Shown: positions 21,298 through 31,681, counted from the stretch's first letter. The stretch is DNA of 32,000 bases from Aliivibrio fischeri ES114 (GCF_000011805.1 NC_006840.2), one strand, 5' to 3'. Translations and numbers: made by a program. The notes: generated by a model not told the origin, from the letters alone.

Positions 21298-23133
21298 ATG
21301 TCCAGCATGATCGCAGAGCAACCAATGGAAGAGGTGTCGCCAAGTTACACGGTTTTAAAAGACGTGTTTGGCTACCAAGAATTCCGTGTTGGACAAGAAG
21401 AAGTCATCAATGCCGTTCTTGATAGTAAAGATTGTCTTGTGATCATGCCGACAGGTGGCGGTAAATCATTGTGTTATCAGATCCCCGCATTGGTTTTTGA
21501 AGGGTTAACGTTAGTTATCTCTCCCTTAATATCCTTAATGAAAGACCAAGTTGATCAGCTTAAAGCGAATGGGGTTAAAGCGGAATGCTTAAACTCAACC
21601 ATTGAGCGTGAAGAGCAAATTGCTATTTGGAACCGAGTGAATTCGGGTCAGGTCAAAATGCTTTATGTGTCACCTGAGCGAGTGATGATGCGTGATTTTA
21701 TGGATCGTTTAGAGTCTCTAAACTTGTGTATGATCGCTGTTGATGAAGCGCACTGTATTTCTCAATGGGGTCACGATTTTCGTCCTGAATACGCATCTCT
21801 AGGACAGATTAAACAGCGCTTCCCTAGTGTTCCTATCATGGCTCTCACTGCGACTGCTGATGAAGCCACTCGTAAAGATATTCTACATCGTCTTTCTTTG
21901 CCTGAGCCGCATCAATACTTAGGCAGCTTTGATCGCCCAAATATTCGTTATACGGTATTAGAAAAGCATAAACCGGTGAGCCAGATCGTTCGTTATCTTG
22001 CGACTCAAAAAAATCAATGTGGTGTGATTTATTGTGGTAGTCGAAAGAAAGTTGAAATGCTGACTGAGAAGCTCTGCAACAACCATATTCGTGCGGCGTC
22101 TTATCACGCAGGTTTAGATTTGGATGAGCGTAATTACGTTCAAGAAGCCTTTCAACGAGATGATATTCAAATCGTTGTTGCGACGGTTGCTTTTGGTATG
22201 GGGATCAATAAATCCAACGTACGTTTTGTTGCTCACTTTGATATTCCAAAGAACATCGAATCTTATTACCAAGAGACAGGTCGAGCAGGGCGTGATGGTC
22301 TGCCAGCTGAAGCGGTCATGCTTTATGATCCTGCCGATATAGTTTGGTTAAGAAAACTGGTTGAAGAGAAGCCTGAAGGTCCTCAAAAGCTTGTAGAAAG
22401 TCATAAATTGAATGCTATGACCGCCTTTGCTGAAGCACAAACTTGTCGTCGTCAGGTTCTTTTAAACTATTTTGGTGAATACAGTGCTAAGCCCTGTGGT
22501 AACTGTGATGTGTGTTTAGATCCGCCAAAGCAATTTGATGGAACAGAAGCTGCACAAAAAGCACTTTCTTGTGTTTATCGAGTAAATCAAAGTTTTGGTG
22601 TTGGCTATGTGGTGGAAGTGCTACGTGGGCTTAAAATTGCTCGTATTCGTGAGCATGGGCACGATAAGTTATCGACTTACGGTATTGGCAAAGAACACAC
22701 CCATGAATACTGGGTAAGTATTATTCGTCAGTTAATTCATAAAGGATTATTGGTACAGAATATTACGCGCAACTCTACACTACAGCTTACGGAAGAAGCC
22801 CGTCCGATTTTAAAAGGACAAGAGCCGTTAGAGCTTGCGGTTCCACGACTGGATATTGCCGCTAAAACTGCCAAATCAGAGAAATTGAATAATCGTAATT
22901 ACGATAAGCAGTTGTTTGCTAAGTTACGTAAGCTGCGTAAATCCATCGCTGATCGAGATGACTTACCGCCTTATGTGGTATTCAGTGATGCAACCTTAAT
23001 GGATATGGCTGACATTTTACCTACCTCTTATGGAGAGATGTTAGCGGTAAATGGCGTAGGGCAGAAGAAACTCGAAAAATACGCAGATCCATTTTTAGAT
23101 TTAATTGAAATGCACTTAACAGGACAAGGATAA
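21298..23133 (+). CDS. recQ: ATP-dependent DNA helicase RecQ
   Basis: [56 protein letters not shown]-like C-terminus. Confidence 0.96.
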   Translation: MSSMIAEQPMEEVSPSYTVLKDVFGYQEFRVGQEEVINAVLDSKDCLVIMPTGGGKSLCYQIPALVFEGLTLVISPLISLMKDQVDQLKANGVKAECLNSTIEREEQIAIWNRVNSGQVKMLYVSPERVMMRDFMDRLESLNLCMIAVDEAHCISQWGHDFRPEYASLGQIKQRFPSVPIMALTATADEATRKDILHRLSLPEPHQYLGSFDRPNIRYTVLEKHKPVSQIVRYLATQKNQCGVIYCGSRKKVEMLTEKLCNNHIRAASYHAGLDLDERNYVQEAFQRDDIQIVVATVAFGMGINKSNVRFVAHFDIPKNIESYYQETGRAGRDGLPAEAVMLYDPADIVWLRKLVEEKPEGPQKLVESHKLNAMTAFAEAQTCRRQVLLNYFGEYSAKPCGNCDVCLDPPKQFDGTEAAQKALSCVYRVNQSFGVGYVVEVLRGLKIARIREHGHDKLSTYGIGKEHTHEYWVSIIRQLIHKGLLVQNITRNSTLQLTEEARPILKGQEPLELAVPRLDIAAKTAKSEKLNNRNYDKQLFAKLRKLRKSIADRDDLPPYVVFSDATLMDMADILPTSYGEMLAVNGVGQKKLEKYADPFLDLIEMHLTGQG

Positions 23134-23136
23134 GTC

Positions 23137-23427
23137 ATGAGTTTATTTTCAGTCATTGAGTTTGATAAAGAAGTAGGACGCATTATTTTTGCCATTCCTG
23201 AATTCGATTTTGATACCTTTAATGGCATGGGGAAGCAATTAGTATCTGCAATGGATGCAAAGGTGATAGAGCAGCAAGTGGATGCGGATTTGCATTCATG
23301 GCTCATTGATTTTGAAGGGACGCATTTGATGCTACGAGCAGAGCACTATTCAAACTCCGTATGGTTAGAAAGCTTATCTTCAGGAGAAGCGCTAGACGAA
23401 CTGAGCTTTATTGTTGGTTTGTTTTAA
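23137..23427 (+). CDS. Small conserved-looking hypothetical protein, probably co-transcribed with recQ
   Basis: 96-aa ORF starting 3 nt after the recQ stop with a plausible SD (acaggacaagg) just upstream. Confidence 0.75.
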   Translation: MSLFSVIEFDKEVGRIIFAIPEFDFDTFNGMGKQLVSAMDAKVIEQQVDADLHSWLIDFEGTHLMLRAEHYSNSVWLESLSSGEALDELSFIVGLF

Positions 23428-23450
23428 GTTGCTTAATTTTTAAAAGAAAA

Positions 23451-23478
23451 CGGCTGTAAATATACAGCCGTTTTTTTT
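23451..23478. terminator. Bidirectional terminator between convergent genes (23427 end and glpT)
   Basis: CGGCTGTA-aata-TACAGCCG flanked by AAAA and TTTTTTTT. Confidence 0.85.
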
Positions 23479-23481
23479 GGA

Positions 23482-24846
23482 TTAAGCCATGTGACTTTCT
23501 TTCTCAATCTTTTCTTTATGATGCTTTTGCTCACCAATTAGTGCATAAGTTAGGCAAACAATAGAGATGACACAAGAGGCAACTAAGATCATAAAGCCAC
23601 CATCCCAACCAAAGTGGTCAACGGTATAACCAAGCAGTGCGTTCGCTGCAACGGCTCCACCAAGGTAACCAAATAATCCAGTTAATCCTGCCGCTGTACC
23701 CGCCGCCTTTTTAGGTGCTAATTCCAACGCATATAAACCAATAAGCATTACCGGACCATAGATTAAGAAACCAATAGCAACTAATGCGATCATATCAACG
23801 GTTGGGTTTCCTGCAGGGTTAAACCAGTAAACCAATACTGCAATAGTCACTAATGCCATAAATAGAATCCCAGCAGGCGCTCGTTTCCCTTTAAATAACT
23901 TATCAGAAATCCAACCACATAGAAGGGTGCCTGGAATACCAGCCCACTCATATAGGAAATATGCCCAAGAAGATTTATCAACAGTGAATTCTTTGGCTTC
24001 TTTTAAGTAAACAGGAGCCCAATCTAAAACGCCATAACGGATTAGGTAGACAAAGGCGTTGGCTATCGCAATAGACCACAATAATTTATTTGAAAAAACA
24101 TACTTGAAGAAGATTTCTTTCGCCGTCATTTCTGTTTCATATGCGGAATCATAATCATCTGGGTAGTCGTTTTTAAATTCTTCAATTGGCGGAAGACCGC
24201 ATGATTGAGGAGTATCTCTTACTGTTAACCAAACAAAAAAAGCAACAAGAAGAGCAAAGAAAGCTGGTACGTAAAACGCAGTTCGCCAATCATCATTAAA
24301 TGCCCATAAACCAAGAAGGAACATTGGGCCAATTAACCCGCCTCCAACGTTGTGTGCAACGTTCCATACCGAAACTATTTCACCACGCTCTTTTCTTGAC
24401 CACCAGTGCACCATGGTTCTACCACAGGCAGGCCATCCCATACCTTGAAACCAACCATTTAAAAATAACAAGATAAACATGGCGGTAATGCTGCCTGTTG
24501 CCCAAGGCATAAAGCCAAAACAAAACATAACGAGAGCAGACATGACCAAACCAGCACTGAGAAAATATCGAGGATTGGAACGGTCAGAAACACTTCCCAT
24601 TAAGAATTTAGATAAACCATAAGCGATAGATACCGCAGCTAGAGCAACCCCTAAATCGCCTCGACTGTATCCTTGTTCGATAAGGTAAGGCATTGCTAAA
24701 CTGAAGTTTTTTCGAACAAGATAGTATCCAGCATAACCAAAGAAAATGCCGAGAAAAAGTTGCCACCGTAACCGTTTATAAGTGCTATTGATTTCTCCTG
24801 TTGGGAGTTGTGCGATATGTGCTTTAGGTTTAAAAACACCAAACAT
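23482..24846 (-). CDS. glpT: Glycerol-3-phosphate transporter (MFS, organophosphate:Pi antiporter)
   Basis: [47 protein letters not shown]; [22 protein letters not shown]; near-identical in layout to E. coli GlpT. Confidence 0.93.
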   Translation of the reverse strand: MFGVFKPKAHIAQLPTGEINSTYKRLRWQLFLGIFFGYAGYYLVRKNFSLAMPYLIEQGYSRGDLGVALAAVSIAYGLSKFLMGSVSDRSNPRYFLSAGLVMSALVMFCFGFMPWATGSITAMFILLFLNGWFQGMGWPACGRTMVHWWSRKERGEIVSVWNVAHNVGGGLIGPMFLLGLWAFNDDWRTAFYVPAFFALLVAFFVWLTVRDTPQSCGLPPIEEFKNDYPDDYDSAYETEMTAKEIFFKYVFSNKLLWSIAIANAFVYLIRYGVLDWAPVYLKEAKEFTVDKSSWAYFLYEWAGIPGTLLCGWISDKLFKGKRAPAGILFMALVTIAVLVYWFNPAGNPTVDMIALVAIGFLIYGPVMLIGLYALELAPKKAAGTAAGLTGLFGYLGGAVAANALLGYTVDHFGWDGGFMILVASCVISIVCLTYALIGEQKHHKEKIEKESHMA

Positions 24847-24882
24847 AGCCGACCTCTTATTTTATTATTAATTTTCATTATC

Positions 24883-24910
24883 GAACCTGCTTTTAGGTTC
24901 GTTCGAAATT
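24883..24910. promoter_or_regulatory. GlpR-like operator region upstream of glpT
   Basis: GAACCTgcttttAGGTTCGTTCGAAATT; TAGGTTCGTTCGAAATT (24894-24910) fits 15/17 of WATKYTCGWWMGAWMAW. Confidence 0.55.
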
Positions 24911-25151
24911 TTGGCTATTATTATAATGATTGATTTAGAAAACTGTGTCAGATGGTCGATTTGTATAAATAAAGAAGAGATGTTTTGAAGTTTGTGAGTG
25001 CGCTTAGACTATCCCCTGATTTGGTTAACGCCTTGCTCATTTTGGTTGTTTTTAAATCTTGTGATCAAAATCGGTTAATGTATAATCACCGCCCTAAAAA
25101 TTGGCTAGAGTCATTACGTAAATAAACGGTGATTTTAGCTTTGTGTTTAAT

Positions 25152-25182
25152 TTGGGTTCCCTCGCCCCCAATGACAAAAAGG
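25152..25182 (+). promoter_or_regulatory. PreQ1-I class riboswitch aptamer upstream of yhhQ
   Basis: P1 TTGGG/CCCAA; loop TTC-CCT-CGCC; tail TGACAAAAAGG, where AGG pairs with loop CCT (H-type pseudoknot) and doubles as the Shine-Dalgarno. Confidence 0.8.
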
Positions 25183-25189
25183 TACTTAT

Positions 25190-25861
25190 ATGAGTACATT
25201 TACGCCCGCGCAACAGCGCAACGCTTTATCTTTCCTTGTTGTATTCCATCTTGTAATTATCGCATCAAGCAACTATTTGGTTCAGTTACCCTTTACTATT
25301 TTTGGGTTTCATACCACCTGGGGTGCGTTTACCTTTCCATTCATTTTTCTCGCTACTGATTTAACGGTTCGTATTTTTGGTGCCAAAATGGCAAGAAGTA
25401 TTATCTTCTTTGTTATGTTGCCAGCATTAGCGGTATCGTATTTTTTATCGGTAGTATTTTTTGAAGGTCAGTACCAAGGTTTTTCTCAACTTGGCGAGTT
25501 TAATTTATTCGTTGCGCGTATTGCAGTAGCAAGCTTTATGGCTTATCTACTAGGACAAATTTTAGATGTGCATGTATTTAATCGTCTACGCCAATTAAAG
25601 CAGTGGTGGATAGCACCAACATGTTCTACTTTGTTTGGTAACGCATTAGATACACTGGCTTTCTTTAGCATTGCTTTCTACCAAAGTCCTGATGCCTTTA
25701 TGGCAGAGCATTGGACAGAAATTGCATTGGTTGATTATGGCTTCAAACTGGTGATCAGTTTAGGTTTGTTTGTTCCAATGTACGGCGTGCTACTGAATTA
25801 CCTAACTCGTAAGTTAACTTCTGAAGGTCATCAATTAGCGACACAACCTTCACAGGTGTAA
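25190..25861 (+). CDS. yhhQ: Queuosine precursor transporter (VUT/COG1738 family)
   Basis: 223 aa polytopic; LATDLTVRIFGAKMAR, GQILDVHVFNRLR, GNALDTLAFFSIAF. Confidence 0.93.
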   Translation: MSTFTPAQQRNALSFLVVFHLVIIASSNYLVQLPFTIFGFHTTWGAFTFPFIFLATDLTVRIFGAKMARSIIFFVMLPALAVSYFLSVVFFEGQYQGFSQLGEFNLFVARIAVASFMAYLLGQILDVHVFNRLRQLKQWWIAPTCSTLFGNALDTLAFFSIAFYQSPDAFMAEHWTEIALVDYGFKLVISLGLFVPMYGVLLNYLTRKLTSEGHQLATQPSQV

Positions 25862-25986
25862 GTTAAAATGATCCAAAGAAGAAAAGGCTAACATTATGTT
25901 GGCCTTTTTTATTACCTATATTATTGAAATAAAAGGGATATTGAAATTAGTTGAGATCTTTTCTCATTTACCTATTGCATTCTAAA

Positions 25987-26001
25987 TGAGAATGGTTATT
26001 A
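25987..26001. promoter_or_regulatory. Fur box at the ryhB promoter
   Basis: TGAGAATGGTTATTA; 12/14 to the 7-1-7 consensus TGATAAT-N-ATTATCA; overlaps the presumed -10 (TATTAT, 25997-26002). Confidence 0.7.
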
Positions 26002-26008
26002 TTAACTT

Positions 26009-26182
26009 GTCTTCAGGGAATACGCACACGGAGTTATCCGCACTATTTCAAGAAGGCACGACATTGCTCACATTGCTTCCAGTGTAAATCAGCTACATGA
26101 GCAGTGGTGGACGTACAAACGTATTACCATTGTTCTCTTTTTGCTGAGCGGCGCTTCATTTAAGAAGACGCCGCTTTTTTTT
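26009..26182 (+). ncRNA. ryhB: RyhB iron-responsive small RNA
   Basis: Core GCACGACATTGCTCACATTGCTTCCAGT (26056-26083) matches E. coli RyhB; promoter TTGCAT-16-TATTAT; terminator AGCGGCGCTTC-atttaa-GAAGaCGCCGCT plus 8 T. Confidence 0.9.
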
Positions 26183-26277
26183 GTCCGTTTTTTGAACTGA
26201 CAGCAAGAAATTTTATAAAAAATCCGATCGGGTTTGGTGAAAAATTTAGCAATAAAAAGGTGTGTTTAATATTATTG

Positions 26278-26321
26278 TCCACAAAGCATGATCAAGAAAG
26301 GATCTCTTTGTGGATCGTTTT
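26278..26321 (+). other. Hairpin with short T-tract upstream of polA
   Basis: TCCACAAAG (26278-26286) / CTTTGTGGA (26306-26314), with inner GATC/GATC pairing (26290-26293 / 26301-26304). Confidence 0.5.
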
Positions 26322-26412
26322 TATTGGTCTAAGTTTTTGATTTTTTAGTTTTTAATTTCTTTTTTCTTGATTGATAAATAAGTTATTAATTAAGCAAAAA
26401 ATAATTACAAAC

Positions 26413-26457
26413 AGAGTTATCCACAGAAGTGGAGGTTGTCTGAATAACTCTTTTTTT
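26413..26457 (+). terminator. Candidate intrinsic terminator/attenuator upstream of polA
   Basis: AGAGTTAT (26413-26420) / ATAACTCT (26444-26451), inner CCAC-agaa-GTGG, followed by TTTTTTT. Confidence 0.4.
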
Positions 26458-26561
26458 ATGTGAATTAATGAGCAAAGCAGCGAAGGACAGTATTTTGTTG
26501 TTATTGAGTCATGGTATAGAATGAAATTCACTGATCATCAACCCTCTGGATATTACAGACT

Positions 26562-29360
26562 ATGGCAAGAATTCCTGATAATCCGTTTATTTTAGTAGAC
26601 GGCTCTTCTTATCTTTTCCGCGCATATCATGCTGCACCTAACTTCACTAATGGTGATGGACAACCAACAGGTGCGGTATATGGCGTAATTAACATGCTTC
26701 GTAGTCTGTTAAAGCAATTTGAAACCGATCGTATTGCGGTTATCTTCGATGCAAAGGGCAAAACGTTCCGTAATGATATGTACCCAGAGTACAAAGCAAA
26801 TCGTCCACCAATGCCTGATGATCTGCGTTGCCAGATTGAGCCACTACATAAGCTAATTAAAGCGATGGGCTTGCCTTTAGTTTCTATTCCAGGCGTAGAA
26901 GCGGATGATGTAATCGGTACGTTAGCTTCTCAAGCATCAAAAGCTGGGATCCCAGTTCTTATCAGTACTGGTGATAAGGATATGGCACAATTAGTTGATG
27001 AAAATGTCACTCTGATTAATACCATGACCAATGTGATTATGGATCCTGAAGGTGTGGTTGAGAAGTTTGGTATTGGTCCAGAGCTTATTATTGATTACTT
27101 AGCATTAATGGGCGATAAGGTGGATAACATTCCTGGTGTTCCAGGTGTTGGTGATAAAACCGCTAAAGCATTATTGCAAGGCATTGGTGGTTTAGATGCT
27201 TTATATGAACATCTTGATGATATTGCTCCTCTTGGTTTTCGTGGTTCTAAAACCATGGCTAAAAAGCTAATTGATAACAAAGAAGGGGCTTACCTTTCTT
27301 ATGAATTAGCAACGATTAAGTTGGATGTTGAACTGGATAAAACGCCAGAAGAGTTTGTTAAACAAGAGCCAAACGTAGATGAGTTGATTCAAATGTTTGG
27401 TCAAATGAACTTTAAGCGTTGGTTAACTGAAATGTTAGATGGAAGCGACGGTAAGATCGTTTCACATGAAACATCGTCTAATAGCGTATCAACTTCAAGT
27501 AAGCAAGATGATGCAGAAGAAGAGCTAATTGTTGCCGCTCAAGTAGATCGTTCAAAATACGAAACGATTTTAACTAAAGAAGCGTTTAGCGTATGGCTAG
27601 ATAAACTAAACAATGCTGATGTTGCGGCTTTTGATACTGAAACCGATAGTTTAGATTACATGGTGGCGAACCTTATTGGTTTATCATTTGCTGTAGAAGA
27701 AGGTGAAGCGGCTTATGTTCCCGTTGCACATGATTACCTTGATGCTCCAGAACAACTAGATCGTGATTGGGTACTTGAGCAATTAAAGCCGTATTTAGAA
27801 GATGACAATAAAGCAAAAGTTGGTCAAAACTTAAAGTACGATGCGAGCGTTTTAGCGCGTTATGATATCGAAATGAAAGGCATTAAATTCGATACTATGC
27901 TTGAGTCTTATGTGTATAACAGCGTTGCTGGTAAGCACAATATGGACAGTTTGGCACTGCGCTATCTTCAACATAACACCATTTCATTTGAAGAAATTGC
28001 AGGTAAAGGTAAAAAGCAATTAACCTTTAACCAAATCGCTTTAGAGCAAGCTGCACCTTATGCCGCTGAAGATGCGGATATCACATTGCGTCTGCACCAT
28101 GTATTGAACGCGAAATTAGAAGCCGATGAAAAACTAAAATCAGTATTTACAGATATTGAATTACCATTGGTATCTGTCCTTTCTCGTATGGAGAGAAAAG
28201 GCGTTTATATTGATGATATGTTGCTTTCAGCACAATCAGTTGAAATCGGTCAGCGTTTAGATGAGTTAGAAAAAGCAGCATTTGAAGTTGCTGGTGAAGA
28301 GTTCAATATGAATTCACCAAAACAACTTCAAACCATTCTATTTGAGAAAATGGAACTGCCAGTAATTAAGAAGACACCTTCTGGAGCGGCATCGACAAAT
28401 GAAGAAGTGCTGCAAGAGCTAGCGCTTGACTACCCATTGCCTAAATTGATTTTAGAGTATCGTGGCTTAGCGAAACTAAAATCGACCTATACAGATAAAC
28501 TTCCTAAGATGATTAACCCATCTACAGGTCGTGTGCATACTTCTTATCATCAAGCGGTAACAGCAACAGGCCGTTTATCATCGACAGATCCAAACTTACA
28601 GAATATCCCAATTCGTAACGAAGAAGGTCGTCGTATTCGCCAAGCGTTTGTTGCCCCTCATGGTTGGAAAATTCTAGCAGTCGATTACTCTCAAATTGAA
28701 TTGCGTATTATGGCTCATTTATCTCAAGATAAAGCGCTATTAGCGGCTTTCTCGGCTGGTAAAGATATTCACGCAGCGACAGCAGCAGAAGTGAAGGGCG
28801 TTTCTATTGAAGAGGTGACTTCAGAGGATCGTCGCCGTGCTAAGGCGATTAACTTTGGTTTAATCTACGGTATGAGTGCGTTTGGTCTTGCTAAGCAAAT
28901 TGGGATCCCTCGTGGCGAAGCACAAGATTACATGAATGTGTATTTTGAGCGTTACCCAGGAGTGATGCAGTACATGGAAGAGACTCGTTTATTAGCGACG
29001 GAACAAGGTTATGTTGAGACATTATATGGCCGTCGTCTGCATTTACCTGAAATCAATGCACGAAATGGTATGCGTCGTAAAGCCGCAGAACGTGCTGCGA
29101 TTAATGCCCCAATGCAAGGGACTGCTGCCGATATCATTAAGAAAGCGATGATCTTGGTTGATGAATGGGTTGAAACTGAAGGAAAAGATCGTGTGAATCT
29201 TTTAATGCAAGTACACGATGAATTGGTTTTTGAAGTAAAAGAAGACGCATTAGATGAAGTGACGACTAAAGTAAGAGAACTAATGGAGCAAGCTGCTCAA
29301 CTTGATGTTCCACTCGTTGCTGAAGCCGGTTTTGGTAATAACTGGGATGAAGCGCACTAA
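26562..29360 (+). CDS. polA: DNA polymerase I
   Basis: 932 aa; [62 protein letters not shown]; track start at 26562 accepted. Confidence 0.97.
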   Translation: MARIPDNPFILVDGSSYLFRAYHAAPNFTNGDGQPTGAVYGVINMLRSLLKQFETDRIAVIFDAKGKTFRNDMYPEYKANRPPMPDDLRCQIEPLHKLIKAMGLPLVSIPGVEADDVIGTLASQASKAGIPVLISTGDKDMAQLVDENVTLINTMTNVIMDPEGVVEKFGIGPELIIDYLALMGDKVDNIPGVPGVGDKTAKALLQGIGGLDALYEHLDDIAPLGFRGSKTMAKKLIDNKEGAYLSYELATIKLDVELDKTPEEFVKQEPNVDELIQMFGQMNFKRWLTEMLDGSDGKIVSHETSSNSVSTSSKQDDAEEELIVAAQVDRSKYETILTKEAFSVWLDKLNNADVAAFDTETDSLDYMVANLIGLSFAVEEGEAAYVPVAHDYLDAPEQLDRDWVLEQLKPYLEDDNKAKVGQNLKYDASVLARYDIEMKGIKFDTMLESYVYNSVAGKHNMDSLALRYLQHNTISFEEIAGKGKKQLTFNQIALEQAAPYAAEDADITLRLHHVLNAKLEADEKLKSVFTDIELPLVSVLSRMERKGVYIDDMLLSAQSVEIGQRLDELEKAAFEVAGEEFNMNSPKQLQTILFEKMELPVIKKTPSGAASTNEEVLQELALDYPLPKLILEYRGLAKLKSTYTDKLPKMINPSTGRVHTSYHQAVTATGRLSSTDPNLQNIPIRNEEGRRIRQAFVAPHGWKILAVDYSQIELRIMAHLSQDKALLAAFSAGKDIHAATAAEVKGVSIEEVTSEDRRRAKAINFGLIYGMSAFGLAKQIGIPRGEAQDYMNVYFERYPGVMQYMEETRLLATEQGYVETLYGRRLHLPEINARNGMRRKAAERAAINAPMQGTAADIIKKAMILVDEWVETEGKDRVNLLMQVHDELVFEVKEDALDEVTTKVRELMEQAAQLDVPLVAEAGFGNNWDEAH

Positions 29361-29593
29361 TCTTGTGTCACAGTCATTTGAATAAATGCATCTATCGATT
29401 AGTTACGTTACTGATTAAATTGTAATTCAGTTACAACTGAAATTAAAACTATGAGCCAGCGCACGCGTTGGCTTTTTTTGGCCTAAAATAAAGTGAAGTT
29501 TGTCAGGTATTTGTTGTGTTTTTTGATACGAAACTGAAAAAAAATTACAAATAAAGGTTTTCAAAACTGTTCGTTTGTTGTACATTTATCTGC

Positions 29594-29702
29594 GTAGGGT
29601 ACAGAGGTAAAGATGTTCTATCTTTCAGACCTTTTGTTTCACGTTATTGAATTTGGCTAAATTCAGCCGCCTCAGTCAACCTTTTTGACTGGGGCGTTTT
29701 TT
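29594..29702 (+). ncRNA. spf: Spot 42 RNA
   Basis: GTAGGGTACAGAGGTAAAGATGTTCTATCTTTCAGACCTTTT...TTTGGCTaAAttcAGCCGCC...CAGTCaacctttttGACTGGGGCG-T6; near-identical to E. coli Spot 42 and directly downstream of polA. Confidence 0.95.
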
Positions 29703-29958
29703 CTTTCTGGCCTTCCAAAAAATCTTATCTGTTTTTTATTTCTTGTAAGTTTCCCACAATATGTAATTTTTATTACACGTTATCGAATTGATAATTTATT
29801 TTATTAATTAACTTAAGTTTTTGATTTTTAGGTGTTAGTTTGATTTTGATTCAATCTTTTTGTCTTTTTTGGGGTTGTTTTTAATCTTATTGATTAAATT
29901 AAAAATAGGCGGGTGGTCGTAGTTTGGATATATAGCGGATTTGTAGCATGATGCGTGG

Positions 29959-30023
29959 CAGAAAAATAATAACAACCTCTTTATCTCTCCCATTTCCCCA
30001 CCTTAGCTTAAGGTGGGGTTTTT
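29959..30023 (+). ncRNA. Candidate small RNA in the spf-engB intergenic region (likely VSsrna24-type)
   Basis: Strong terminator CCCCACCTTA-gct-TAAGGTGGGG-TTTTT (29996-30023) in an otherwise non-coding interval, with TTGGAT-17-CATGAT promoter-like sequence at 29924-29952; start approximate. Confidence 0.6.
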
Positions 30024-30084
30024 ATTTGCCTTTCGCAAACTCATTACTAACAGAGTCGCTTAGGGGCAATGGTGCTAAATAAGG

Positions 30085-30732
30085 TTATTCAGCATCCAGA
30101 TCTTCGATGAATTCATCATCTAGTTCAAAAGCAGGCGCAAACCACTCATCTAATTTAGCGCGCAGCTTATCAACACCAATGCCTTTTAAAGATGAAAACG
30201 CATCAACTTCAACTTCGCCACCAAAATCAACAGCAGCTTCACGAACTTTAAGCACTTGTGCTTTACGGGCTCCGCTTTTCAGCTTGTCTGCTTTCGTTAA
30301 TAGGATTTGTACTGGGATATTTTGGTCTACAGCCCAGAAAACAAGTTGTTGGTCGATGTCTTTTAGTGGATGACGAATATCCATTAATACAACCAAACCT
30401 TGTAAACATTGGCGTTTTTGTAGGTATTCACCTAACGATTTCTGCCATTTCTTCTTCATTTCAAGTGGTACTTGAGCGAAACCATATCCCGGTAAATCAA
30501 CGATATGACAGTTTTCTTCAACTTTAAATAAGTTAATAAGCTGAGTACGACCAGGTGTTTTAGAAGTCTTTGCTAGGCTTTTCTGGTTGGTTAAGCGATT
30601 TAATGCGCTTGATTTACCCGCATTAGAACGGCCAGCGAAGGCAACTTCAATACCTTCATCTTCAGGTAGATGGCGAATATCTGGTGCACTCGTAATGAAA
30701 TGCGTCTTTTGGTAGTGAATAGTTTTGCTCAC
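30085..30732 (-). CDS. engB: Ribosome biogenesis GTP-binding protein EngB/YihA
   Basis: [50 protein letters not shown]. Confidence 0.95.
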   Translation of the reverse strand: MSKTIHYQKTHFITSAPDIRHLPEDEGIEVAFAGRSNAGKSSALNRLTNQKSLAKTSKTPGRTQLINLFKVEENCHIVDLPGYGFAQVPLEMKKKWQKSLGEYLQKRQCLQGLVVLMDIRHPLKDIDQQLVFWAVDQNIPVQILLTKADKLKSGARKAQVLKVREAAVDFGGEVEVDAFSSLKGIGVDKLRAKLDEWFAPAFELDDEFIEDLDAE

Positions 30733-31020
30733 TGGTTAACTCCGTCTCGACTAAAACCAAGCTGTAGATAATGATCCAAGTTGGATTATTGTAGTCAGCT
30801 GATTACTTTTTTGTGAAAATGTGTAAAATAACCGCATCAAGTTAGTCATTATTAACTTTTTAGTGACAAACTTAGAATGAAAACGGTAAAGGCCGCTCAT
30901 TGTATCATGCTGTAGCCAATTTAGAGCGGTACTGGAAGCTTAATATCCAACACAATGTAAATAAATCTTGTTAAAAAGAGTAACTCATTGTGCAGGAACG
31001 ATAATAATAAATGGAATGTC

Positions 31021-31638
31021 ATGAAAAAATTAGCGCTGATATTAACTCTCCTAGCTAGTTGCTCAACATGGGCTCAAGGAGATATTGAAGCTGGGAAGCA
31101 AAAATCTGCAACATGTGCCGCTTGTCATGGTCAAGAAGGTAACAGTACTCTGACTCAATATCCGAATATTGCAGGCCAACACGCCGGCTATCTTGAGAAG
31201 CAACTTAAAGAATTTAAGTTAGGAATGGAAACTCAAGGTAAGCAAGGTCGTCTCGAGCCAGTAATGAGTGGTATGGCAATGCCATTAACAGAGCAAGATA
31301 TTATGGATTTATCAGCCTATTTTGCCTCGTTACCAATGGCCGACAATACAACACCAGAAGAGGTGATTCCAGAAGGTAAAGCCTTGTATTTAGCGGGTGA
31401 TATGGAGCGTGGTATTACTGCGTGTGTTGCATGTCATGGCCCTCGTGGTAACGGTACATCACTATCTGGCTTCCCTAAAATTTCTGGTCAACATGCTGAT
31501 TATGTGAAAGCGCAACTAGAGAAATTCCGTTCAGCAGATCGTGCAAATGATATGAATGCAATGATGCGTGATATTGCGAAAAAACTGACTGATGAAGACA
31601 TTGATACGTTATCGAAATATGTGGGTGGGCTGCATTAA
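31021..31638 (+). CDS. Diheme cytochrome c4
   Basis: Two CxxCH motifs (CAACH, CVACH) and signal peptide MKKLALILTLLASCSTWAQ; start moved from the track start at 30988. Confidence 0.93.
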   Translation: MKKLALILTLLASCSTWAQGDIEAGKQKSATCAACHGQEGNSTLTQYPNIAGQHAGYLEKQLKEFKLGMETQGKQGRLEPVMSGMAMPLTEQDIMDLSAYFASLPMADNTTPEEVIPEGKALYLAGDMERGITACVACHGPRGNGTSLSGFPKISGQHADYVKAQLEKFRSADRANDMNAMMRDIAKKLTDEDIDTLSKYVGGLH

Positions 31639-31681
31639 TTTAATGTAATTCGCATCATCATTACGTCTAAATTTAAAGAAG

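Noticed and set aside
25129-25359. 76-aa antisense ORF (MILALCLIWVPSPPM...) over the yhhQ leader
   Set aside because: Antisense to yhhQ and the riboswitch, low-complexity residue composition, no homology recognised.
20164-25861. Possible accessory island or defence system around rarD-recQ-glpT-yhhQ
   Set aside because: All genes are housekeeping or transport functions; no integrase, tRNA junction, toxin-antitoxin or restriction genes seen.
26044-26208. Open frame ISRRHDIAHIASSVNQLHEQWWTYKRITIVLFLLSGASFKKTPLFFVRFLN across RyhB
   Set aside because: No good start codon, and the sequence is explained by the conserved RyhB core plus terminator.
26275-26457. Chromosomal replication origin near the DnaA-box-like sites
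   Set aside because: Only one perfect box and two degenerate ones, and no mnmG/mioC/dnaA context; polA is not an oriC neighbour.
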